Below, piece by piece: positions 20,770 through 28,874 of a DNA stretch of 64,000 nt; the stretch's first letter is position 1; each line of letters begins with the position of its first letter. The DNA lies in the NCBI GenBank assembly GCA_039630415.1, contig JBCNVB010000013.1:96001-160000 (forward strand), given 5' to 3'. Source of the stretch: a bacterium (GTDB lineage Bacteria; DRYD01). The notes beneath the pieces are model-generated. The model had not been told where the DNA came from. It ran no database searches and saw only the letters and a program-made list of their open reading frames with translations. Made by a program: the position numbers and the translations under genes.

Positions 20770-22977
20770 ATGAGTATTTATTCGATGCAAGAGAATATAG
20801 GATTTAGGATTTTTTGTATGGGGATAGCGCAATTGCTTAATTCACAGTCTGCAGGAATCGGAGACTATGTTCCAGTTAATTTTAATTATAGAAATCATAT
20901 GGTTGAAGTCCAGGAAGCGATGATGAAAGAATATATAAGAGCATTAGGTTTGAGTGAATCTGATGCTAGGAAGGAAGTAAACTTTTTTATGGAATTTGAT
21001 CTTCGTGGCAGAATGCCAGAAAAGTCGTATTACGTTAGAGGTAAAAACGTTGATGTAATAGCTGCGAATCCGGAAGAAGCTGTTATACTTGCTAAAGAAT
21101 CTGATGAATTTATGAATAGATTTGCTCCCTATTTGTCCAAACCATTTAATTCCAAACATTATGTTATAGCGTTGAATCGTGATAGTGATTCAGCACGATT
21201 GAACGCTTCGTATAAACCTGGTTCAAATGTGGTTGTTGGACAAGTTTATAATGAAAAGGGAAATTCTACATTGGAAAAAGATGCTTTGTATCACGAGTTG
21301 GGTCATTCATTGTTGGATAATATAGCTCCTCGTGCGGGATCTTGCTTTCACGAAGCTTTTGCTGATATAATGACGTTTTTAAATCAAGCTTCAAAACCAG
21401 ATCAAATAAAGGATATAAAAGACTTCAGAAAAAGTAACAGAATATCTCAAATAGCTGAAAATACAGCTGTTGCAAAAGATAGAGAAATAAATTACTTACG
21501 TGATTTAGCAGAACAACATAGATATAATTTGCTTGATGAATATGAGGCTGGATCAGCGGTAGCAGGTGCTTTTTATAAAACGTGGGCAAATTACGTAGAG
21601 AGTCTAAAAGCAAGAGGTATACCTCAAGAGGAAGCAGTTAAAATGGCTAATGATAAATTTTCTAGGGTAGCAATAAAGGCTGCCGAAGACTTAGCTAATC
21701 ATGAAAAACCCCTAGCTATACACTATGCGGAGTCTATACTAAAAAATCTCGATTCAGATCCTGAGATTAAAAAATTATACTACAAGGAGCTAGAAAAAAT
21801 CGAGTATCAGGAAGCTTTGAAGTACTACGAAAAATCCAAAAATGGATGGGATAAAGAAACTCTATATACAATTTATGAAGAATCAAAAGTATCTAACACT
21901 TTTTGCAATACAATATCGAAAGTAATTAATTCCCAATCCAAAGTCAAGGATTATGTTCCGATTAGTTTTAATTATAAGGATTATATGTTTGAGATTCAAA
22001 AAGCTTTGGAAAAAGAATATATGAGAGCATTGGATGCATTAGACTTAGAGGGGAAATTTAATCCCAAAGATCTTACAGATACTTACATGAAAAGTATCAA
22101 AGTTTTAATGCCGGAAAAATCATATTATGTTAGGGGTAAGAAAGTTGAGGTAATAGCAGCAAATCCTGAAGAGGCAGTCAAACTTGCAAAAGAGTCGGAT
22201 GAATTTATGAACAGGTTTACTCGCCATATATCTAAACCTTTCAATTCCAAACATTATATTATGACAATCAAAGGAGAGAAAGATTTAAATGCTTCGTATT
22301 TGACGGGTGAGAATGTGGTAAAGGGGCAGGTGTATAACAAAAATGGTAATTCTACGCTTGAGGGGGATGTTTTGTATCATGAGCTAGGTCATTTATTGTT
22401 GGATAATATAGTTCCTCAGGCTGACATGAGCTTTGGTGAAGCTTTTGCAGACATAATGGCATTTTTGAATCAAGCCTCAAAACCTGACCAGATAAGGGAT
22501 ATAAAAGACTTTAGAAAAAGCAATAGAATATCTCAAATAGCTGAAAATAGTGTTATTGCAAAGCAGGGAAAAGAAAGTTATCTGCGTGATTTAGCCGGCG
22601 AACATAGATATAGTATGTATAATAATGTTTACGAAAGTGGTGCTGCTGTAGCTAGTAGTTTTTACAAAGCATGGGCAAATTACGTAGAGAATTTGAAATC
22701 AAAAGGTATACCCCAAGAAAAGGCAGTAAAGATAGCTAATGAGAAGTTTTCCAGGGTAGCTATAAAGGCTGCTGAAGACTTAGCTAATCATAAACAACCC
22801 TCAGCTTTAGATTATGCAGAGTCTATACTAAAAAATCTTGATTCAGATCCTGAGATTAAAAAATTGTATTACAGTGAGCTAGAGAAAATTGGATACCAAG
22901 AAGTTTTAAAGGATCTAGAGTATATCAAGGAACAGGCAAGAAAATATGAATCACAACATTATTCTGATAGATGGTAA
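20770..22977 (+). CDS. tandem two-domain thermolysin-like metalloprotease (A'-B' fusion)
   Basis: Two complete NASY..YHELGH..EAFADI units in one ORF. Confidence 0.78.
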   Translation: MSIYSMQENIGFRIFCMGIAQLLNSQSAGIGDYVPVNFNYRNHMVEVQEAMMKEYIRALGLSESDARKEVNFFMEFDLRGRMPEKSYYVRGKNVDVIAANPEEAVILAKESDEFMNRFAPYLSKPFNSKHYVIALNRDSDSARLNASYKPGSNVVVGQVYNEKGNSTLEKDALYHELGHSLLDNIAPRAGSCFHEAFADIMTFLNQASKPDQIKDIKDFRKSNRISQIAENTAVAKDREINYLRDLAEQHRYNLLDEYEAGSAVAGAFYKTWANYVESLKARGIPQEEAVKMANDKFSRVAIKAAEDLANHEKPLAIHYAESILKNLDSDPEIKKLYYKELEKIEYQEALKYYEKSKNGWDKETLYTIYEESKVSNTFCNTISKVINSQSKVKDYVPISFNYKDYMFEIQKALEKEYMRALDALDLEGKFNPKDLTDTYMKSIKVLMPEKSYYVRGKKVEVIAANPEEAVKLAKESDEFMNRFTRHISKPFNSKHYIMTIKGEKDLNASYLTGENVVKGQVYNKNGNSTLEGDVLYHELGHLLLDNIVPQADMSFGEAFADIMAFLNQASKPDQIRDIKDFRKSNRISQIAENSVIAKQGKESYLRDLAGEHRYSMYNNVYESGAAVASSFYKAWANYVENLKSKGIPQEKAVKIANEKFSRVAIKAAEDLANHKQPSALDYAESILKNLDSDPEIKKLYYSELEKIGYQEVLKDLEYIKEQARKYESQHYSDRW

Positions 22978-22980
22978 GAA

Positions 22981-23001
22981 TTTACATTTTTTTTACAATT
23001 A
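22981..23001 (+). promoter_or_regulatory. direct-repeat box TTTACA-TTTTT-TTTACA-ATTA
   Basis: Hexamers at 22981 and 22992; 57 nt before ATG 23055. Confidence 0.65.
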
Positions 23002-23054
23002 GTAAACCAAAAAATATTTTTTATCAAACATAGAGCAATTAGGAGGTGGAAAAA

Positions 23055-23627
23055 ATGCCAGGAATAGAAGCAGGAAAAATAAACATAAATGCAAAGAATG
23101 TAGTAATTAGAAATAATGATGTCGGAATAAAGGGGAAAAACGTTAAAATTCAGGGAGAAAATTTAGAATTGATATACAATGATAAAGGTATAGATACTGT
23201 TAATTTGTCAGCTACTACTGATAATCTAAAGATTAGTTCTAACAAGCTTGGTATTCAGGTAACGAATGGTTCACTAAAAACCAAATCCGAAACCTTAATA
23301 TCTAATAATCATAAAGGAATAAAGGCTCATAATTTGGGTCTCAAGAGTAAGGGTGATTTAGTGATAGTGGGTAATGGAGTAGGAGCTTCTGCTGAAGGTA
23401 CTGTATCTTTACAAGGATCAAATGTAGAAATAAAATCAAATCAGGTAGGCGTATCGGGTAAGAATGTTTTTGTTAAGGGTGATAAGGTATCAATTGGTGA
23501 CAATACTGTTGGGTTTGATGTAGATTCAATGAATGCTAATGTTCAAGATTTTCAACTGTATGACAATGTTATAGCTATAAAGCAAAGTACTAAGGGGAAA
23601 AAGAAACAAGACAAACAATATAACTAG
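23055..23627 (+). CDS. hypothetical beta-helix (N-x-x-G-I repeat) protein
   Basis: AGGAGG RBS at 23041 supports ATG 23055; about 21-22 aa repeats NNDVGIKG, NDKGID, NKLGIQ, NHKGIK, NGVGAS, NQVGVS, NTVGFD. Confidence 0.7.
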   Translation: MPGIEAGKININAKNVVIRNNDVGIKGKNVKIQGENLELIYNDKGIDTVNLSATTDNLKISSNKLGIQVTNGSLKTKSETLISNNHKGIKAHNLGLKSKGDLVIVGNGVGASAEGTVSLQGSNVEIKSNQVGVSGKNVFVKGDKVSIGDNTVGFDVDSMNANVQDFQLYDNVIAIKQSTKGKKKQDKQYN

Positions 23628-23639
23628 GGGGATTAGAAA

Positions 23640-24014
23640 ATGGAAATAAGACAAACAAACCATTTAATAACTCCCAGAGTTGAATCTAATAGAGTTGAAC
23701 CCAAAAATAGCCAAAAACAACCTACCCCTCATCAAACAGGTATAAAGGGAGAAAATGTAAATATACAAGCGGATAATGTATACATTGTAAATAACACGTA
23801 TAACTACCCTGACATGATAAGTTCGGCTACCTATCCTACCATAAATACGAATCCTATTTTGAATATTGGTAACCTATATAGGACGATGTGCTTACCGTAT
23901 TTTAATCCTTATAGTATGTACCTGTATCCATACTTTGCCTACATGCCTGGTCTTATATGGGGTAGTATGTTTAGTAGCTTATTCAGCAACGTTTGGAATA
24001 TGTATTGGTGGTAA
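23640..24014 (+). CDS. hypothetical protein with one beta-helix repeat and Tyr/Pro/Met-rich tail
   Basis: GGGG RBS; TGIKGENVNIQADNVYIVNN matches repeats of the upstream gene. Confidence 0.65.
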   Translation: MEIRQTNHLITPRVESNRVEPKNSQKQPTPHQTGIKGENVNIQADNVYIVNNTYNYPDMISSATYPTINTNPILNIGNLYRTMCLPYFNPYSMYLYPYFAYMPGLIWGSMFSSLFSNVWNMYWW

Positions 24015-24523
24015 TGAAAAGAGCAATATTCCTAGATAGGGATGGAGTAATAAATAAATACCTACAAAACAATTATGTTAGGAATTGGAGAGATTTTAGT
24101 ATAATACCGGATTTCGAGAATTTTTGGCAAAGACATAGAGAAAAGTACAGTTTTATAGTAATAACTAACCAGTCAGGGATAAATAGAAAGCTGGTTGATT
24201 ATCCGTTTTTTATAGAGCTTTGTAAGTATCTAATGGAAAGGTATGGTATAGAAGCTATTTACTTTTGTCCACATACACCTGATGAAAAATGTAAGTGTAG
24301 AAAACCTCAAAATTTACTTCTAAAAAAGGCCATAGAAAGATTTAAAGTTGATGTAGAGAATAGTTATTTTATAGGGGATGGTGAAGAAGATTTCTTATGC
24401 GCTTCTTCATTGAATATAAAATTTATTCTGGTTTTAACGGGGAAAACTAGACTGCAGGAATTAGAAACATGGGTCCAAAAACCATATATGATAGTTCCAA
24501 ATCTATCTATCTTGGATCTATAA
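24014..24523 (+). CDS. gmhB: D-glycero-D-manno-heptose 1,7-bisphosphate phosphatase (HAD IIIA)
   Basis: FLDRDGVIN, ITNQSGI, CPH..C.CRKP, FIGD; ATG 24014 overlaps the upstream stop. Confidence 0.85.
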   Translation: MKRAIFLDRDGVINKYLQNNYVRNWRDFSIIPDFENFWQRHREKYSFIVITNQSGINRKLVDYPFFIELCKYLMERYGIEAIYFCPHTPDEKCKCRKPQNLLLKKAIERFKVDVENSYFIGDGEEDFLCASSLNIKFILVLTGKTRLQELETWVQKPYMIVPNLSILDL

Positions 24524-25971
24524 GTTTATCTGATATCTTTAGTATTATAGAGAGATACTTTGAAAAAACAGAGATTCAAATTCCACAAATACTGGTAGAT
24601 AAGTTTGTGATACGAAAACTTCTTAAGAGTAGGAAGACTGTTGATAAGGTAAACAAACCTGTTTATGGAGTAAATACGGGTTTTGGTAAGTTGTGTAATA
24701 TAGTTATACCTCAGCAGCAGATAGAGGATCTTCAATTCAACTTGATATATTCTCACGCAGCTGGATATGGTAAGCCCTATAGCCCCCTAATTACATTTCT
24801 GACTATTTTGATAAGATTAAACCAGCTATGTCAGGGGTATAGTGGAGTTAGTGTAGAAATGATTGAAAAGCTGATTGATTACATAAAAGTAGAGTTACCG
24901 ACTATACCTTACTATACATCTGTTGGTGCTAGTGGAGATTTAATACCTTTATCTCATATATTTATTAAGTTTATGAATTACTATAAACCTAAATCTAAGG
25001 AATCTATCGCTTTTATCAATGGTACTTCCTTTTCTTTATCCAACTTTATAGTAGCAATTTTTTTGCTAAAAAAACTAATAGAACTATCCAATTTAACTCT
25101 TGTTCTTAGTTGTTTAGCTAATGATGTTAACTTTTCACATTACTCTACTAAATTAAAGAAAACAAAGAAAAATATTTATTTTCAAAAGGTTATACAAGAC
25201 ATTAATTCGCAGATACAAAGAATAGTGTTTTCAAATGAAGATATTAAAACTCATGGTGTGATGGGTATACAAGCACCTTATTGTTATAGATGTTATCCTC
25301 AAGTAGTGGAGAGTTTATACTTAATGTTGGATGTGAGTACGGATTTAGCTAATAACGAGCTTAGTAGCAATACTGATAATCCTTTGGTAATAGGTAATGA
25401 TTTTATATCTTCTGGGAATTTTCATGGTAATAATTTATCTGTTTTTTCGGATCATCTTAAGTTGCATGTTTTTCAGCTTGCAAACTTATCTTTTCATAGG
25501 ATGAATTATTTACTTAGCCCGAATTTCTTAATTTTAAATGAGGGTTTAAATAGTGGCTTTATGATTAGTCAGTATTTATGCTCTCATTTACTTAGTGAGT
25601 TAAAGAATTCGTGTTATCCACTAAGTATGGAAAATTTTCCAGTAAGTTTAAACCAAGAAGATTTTGTAAGTTATAGCGAAAATAACACAAGGAAGCTAAT
25701 AATTTCCAGTTATTTTTGTAGTATGATACTTACGACTGAATTAATGATGGCTTTACAGAAAATCAAACTCCTTAATAAAAAAATAGATTATAAGTCTATC
25801 AACGTTGATATTAGCAAATTGTTTGATAATCAGATTTGGGAAGCTATAAATAGTTTACCTATACTTGAGGATAGAGACTTTAAGAAGTTCGGTTCGATTC
25901 ATAGTTTTCAGAATATTTTTATACGTAGTAGTAAAATAGTTAGATTTATTGAGGATGGTTGTTTTGTATAA
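24469..25971 (+). CDS. hutH: MIO-dependent aromatic amino acid lyase, histidine ammonia-lyase-like (divergent)
   Basis: YGVNTGFG, SHAAG, SVGASGDL (ASG), INGT, TDNP, GNFHG, NQEDFVS; start uncertain. Confidence 0.75.
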   Translation: MGPKTIYDSSKSIYLGSISLSDIFSIIERYFEKTEIQIPQILVDKFVIRKLLKSRKTVDKVNKPVYGVNTGFGKLCNIVIPQQQIEDLQFNLIYSHAAGYGKPYSPLITFLTILIRLNQLCQGYSGVSVEMIEKLIDYIKVELPTIPYYTSVGASGDLIPLSHIFIKFMNYYKPKSKESIAFINGTSFSLSNFIVAIFLLKKLIELSNLTLVLSCLANDVNFSHYSTKLKKTKKNIYFQKVIQDINSQIQRIVFSNEDIKTHGVMGIQAPYCYRCYPQVVESLYLMLDVSTDLANNELSSNTDNPLVIGNDFISSGNFHGNNLSVFSDHLKLHVFQLANLSFHRMNYLLSPNFLILNEGLNSGFMISQYLCSHLLSELKNSCYPLSMENFPVSLNQEDFVSYSENNTRKLIISSYFCSMILTTELMMALQKIKLLNKKIDYKSINVDISKLFDNQIWEAINSLPILEDRDFKKFGSIHSFQNIFIRSSKIVRFIEDGCFV

Positions 25972-26045
25972 AGGGATATTGAAATCTGTGGAGAATAGTA
26001 TAATGATATTTTTGGATTTGATTTTGTAGAAAGGGGAAAAACTAA

Positions 26046-27050
26046 ATGCCAGAATTAAGAAAAGATCCAGTTCTAAAAAGATGGGTAATAATAGCGACAG
26101 AAAGAGCTTCAAGACCAAATGATTTTAAGCAAAAGGTAAAGGATGAACCTGGAGACCCATCAAAATGTCCCTTCTGTCCAGGAAATGAATATATGACTCC
26201 TCCCGAAGTATTGGCTTACAGAAAACCCGGAAGTTTAACCAATGGACCCGGTTGGTGGATAAGAGTCGTGAATAACAAATTCCCAGCTCTCAAACCGGAA
26301 GGAGAGTTGGACAAAAAGGGAATTGGTATATACGATTTCATGAATGGAATAGGATACCATGAAGTACTCATAGAGGGGGAAGATCATTTCTCAACCCCTG
26401 TAACAAATTCAAAGGAAATGTATATGGAAATAATATGGGCTTATAGAGACAGAATTATAGAGTTATCCAAGGATTCAAGAATCAAATATGTGATAATTTT
26501 TAAGAATCATGGTAAAGATGCAGGAGCTTCGCTTTATCATCCCCACTCGCAAATAATATCAACCCCAATTATTCCTTCTGTGATTAAAAATGAAATAGAT
26601 AACGCAAAAGAATACTATGATTTACGTGATAGATGTATGTTTTGTGATATAATAACGCAAGAGAGAGGACATCAGGATAGAATAGTTTTTGAAAACAATT
26701 CTTTTATAGCCTTTTGTCCATTTGCTTCAGCTTTTCCTTTTGAAACCTGGATTATTCCTAAACGGCACTATCATAGATTTGAGGATATAGATAAAAACCA
26801 TGTTGTAGATTTGGCAGAAACTATGAAAGTTGTTCTTTCTAAGCTATATCTGCTTTTGGATAATCCTCCTTATAATATGATGCTTCATACAGCACCTCCA
26901 AATTCAAATAGTAAAGACTATTTTCATTGGCATATAGAGATAATTCCAAGGTTAACTAAGGTAGCTGGGTTTGAATGGGGAACAGGTACATATATAAATC
27001 CAATGTTACCGGAAACAGCAGCAGCAGAACTACGAAAACAACAAATATAA
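26046..27050 (+). CDS. galT: galactose-1-phosphate uridylyltransferase
   Basis: MPELRKDP, CPFCPGNE, NKFPAL, GASLYHPHSQI, HWHIEI.PR. Confidence 0.95.
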   Translation: MPELRKDPVLKRWVIIATERASRPNDFKQKVKDEPGDPSKCPFCPGNEYMTPPEVLAYRKPGSLTNGPGWWIRVVNNKFPALKPEGELDKKGIGIYDFMNGIGYHEVLIEGEDHFSTPVTNSKEMYMEIIWAYRDRIIELSKDSRIKYVIIFKNHGKDAGASLYHPHSQIISTPIIPSVIKNEIDNAKEYYDLRDRCMFCDIITQERGHQDRIVFENNSFIAFCPFASAFPFETWIIPKRHYHRFEDIDKNHVVDLAETMKVVLSKLYLLLDNPPYNMMLHTAPPNSNSKDYFHWHIEIIPRLTKVAGFEWGTGTYINPMLPETAAAELRKQQI

Positions 27051-27748
27051 TGAAATACCTACTAATAGCTCTAATAATAGTTGGTGTATCTATTGCAGGA
27101 TACTATGCAGGACAGTACTTCTACAAAGAAAAAATAGGTAAAATTCCGGAAAATAATAAACCTCTTATATCTCCGCTAATAGAGGAAAAAAGACAAACAA
27201 ATATAAATGATCTAAATAAACCCTCTGTAATTGTACCAGACTTTAACCAACCAGAAACAGACAAAAAAATAGCTAAAACTAATACAGCAACTACAACCGT
27301 TACAACTACTACCGTTACAAATACTACTGTTACAACTACTACTGCTAACTTGGCCCAAACTACAATAACAGATCAACAAAATGATCAGACAACCGGTCAA
27401 AAAACAACAAACCAAATAACTACAAATCAAACAACTACAGATCAAACTACAACAGGTCGAGTAACAGAGTCTAAACCATCAGAGAGTGAAATAACGGAGG
27501 ATAAGACAGCGGATCAACAGGGAAATTACTACATCCAGGTAGGATCTTTCTCTTCTCTAGAAAATGCCCAAAATATGAAGAAAAATCTTGAATCATTGGG
27601 AATAAAATGTATAATTGAACAAATAATAAAATCCGATCAAACGGTGTACAGAGTAATAATAGGACCTTATCAAACTGAAGAAGAAGCGAATCAAGAAAGT
27701 CAAAAGTTAAAGAAACTAGGGTTTGATAATGTTGTTAAAAGTTATTAA
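27050..27748 (+). CDS. SPOR domain protein with Thr/Gln-rich linker
   Basis: N-terminal TM, Thr-rich stalk, YYIQVGSFS and YRVIIGPY SPOR motifs. Confidence 0.88.
   Translation: MKYLLIALIIVGVSIAGYYAGQYFYKEKIGKIPENNKPLISPLIEEKRQTNINDLNKPSVIVPDFNQPETDKKIAKTNTATTTVTTTTVTNTTVTTTTANLAQTTITDQQNDQTTGQKTTNQITTNQTTTDQTTTGRVTESKPSESEITEDKTADQQGNYYIQVGSFSSLENAQNMKKNLESLGIKCIIEQIIKSDQTVYRVIIGPYQTEEEANQESQKLKKLGFDNVVKSY
27280..27455 (+). repeat. low-complexity coding repeat (TTTV / xQTT units)
   Basis: ACA/ACT-rich degenerate repeats encoding TATTTVTTTTVTNTTVTTTT...NQITTNQTTTDQTTT; boundaries approximate. Confidence 0.7.
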
Positions 27749-27773
27749 TAAAATTGCATAAAGGAGGGCAGCT

Positions 27774-28094
27774 ATGATATTGTATATAGAAGCAAAAGTA
27801 TTGGAAGATAGACCAGGAATACTGGCAAAAATAACCTCAATCTTAGCTCAGATGAATGCTAACATAGCTGCATTCACAACTGGTATAGAGGGAATTATAC
27901 CTTCTGAAGTTAAACCCAAAACCATAAGAATGTTAGTTAGTGTAGAAGACAAAGAGAATATAGTACAAACTCTTTCGGAACAATTGAAAACAGTAAAAGA
28001 AATAGCAATAACAAACATAAGAAAGCCAACTTCAATAGATGTAGTTAACCTTAAGTACGGTTTAGAAAGTGTGATAGCATCGGAAGAAGTATAG
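27774..28094 (+). CDS. small ACT domain protein
   Basis: EDRPGILAKITSILAQMNANI ACT signature. Confidence 0.8.
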   Translation: MILYIEAKVLEDRPGILAKITSILAQMNANIAAFTTGIEGIIPSEVKPKTIRMLVSVEDKENIVQTLSEQLKTVKEIAITNIRKPTSIDVVNLKYGLESVIASEEV

Positions 28095-28098
28095 ATAT

Positions 28099-28872
28099 AT
28101 GAAAATACTGTTTGTAGGAGATATAGTATCCCAAGCGGGAAGAGATGTTTGCAAACATTACATACCAATCATAAGAAAAAACTATCAAATAGACTTTGTC
28201 ATAGCAAATGCTGAGAACAGTGCTGGGGGATTTGGTATAAGTAAGAAAACCTATCAGGAAATAATTGAAACTCAAGTGGATTTAATAACTACGGGAAACC
28301 ACGTTTGGGATAACAAGGAAATACTGGAATTAATACAAAACAAAGCAAATATACTGATACCCTATAATTTGCTTCCCTGGAGCCCCGGTAATAAAATATA
28401 CTTCAACCAGGAATTAAATTTGGCAGTTATAAATCTCCTAGGGAAAACGTTTTTAGATACCCCCATAGGACCACTAGTAGCTATAAAGGAGTTATTGGAA
28501 CAAAAATTCTTCGATAAATACCAAACAATCATTGTTGACTTGCATGCGGAAGCAACAGCGGAAAAATATCTAATAGGTTATCTTCTTAATGGCAAAGTAT
28601 CTGCGGTTATAGGTACACATACACATATTCAAACTAATGATGCAAGAATATTATCTGAAGGAACCTTTTTCATATGTGATGTTGGAATGTGTGGATCCTA
28701 TGAATCCGTTATAGGTTTCAACGTTGAGAAAATTTTAGAGAAGTTTGAAACAGGGGTTTACAGCAGAATAGAACCGGAAAAGAAGAAGCCTTACATTTTC
28801 AATGCTGTAATGCTTGACATAGAAAACGGTAAAACAAAGAATTTTAAGGTGTTCTACGAAAAACTGGAGTAA
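28099..28872 (+). CDS. YmdB-like metallophosphoesterase
   Basis: LFVGDIV, ANAEN.AGG, TGNHVWD, DLHAEATAEK, GTHTHIQT.D. Confidence 0.93.
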   Translation: MKILFVGDIVSQAGRDVCKHYIPIIRKNYQIDFVIANAENSAGGFGISKKTYQEIIETQVDLITTGNHVWDNKEILELIQNKANILIPYNLLPWSPGNKIYFNQELNLAVINLLGKTFLDTPIGPLVAIKELLEQKFFDKYQTIIVDLHAEATAEKYLIGYLLNGKVSAVIGTHTHIQTNDARILSEGTFFICDVGMCGSYESVIGFNVEKILEKFETGVYSRIEPEKKKPYIFNAVMLDIENGKTKNFKVFYEKLE

Positions 28873-28874
28873 CA

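Noticed and set aside
18456-22977. Diversity-generating retroelement or CRISPR-like explanation for repeated blocks
   Set aside because: Repeats are whole-gene paralogy with substitutions at all bases; no reverse transcriptase, no adenine-specific TR/VR pair, no repeat-spacer periodicity
18383-23020. Reading the TTTACA hexamers as plain sigma-70 -35 elements
   Set aside because: No consistent TATAAT-like element at 16-18 nt across sites, and this would not explain the fixed 11-bp doubling; partial overlap with a -35 cannot be excluded
27280-27455. ACT/ACA-rich repeats as a non-coding array
   Set aside because: They encode the Thr-rich linker of a SPOR protein
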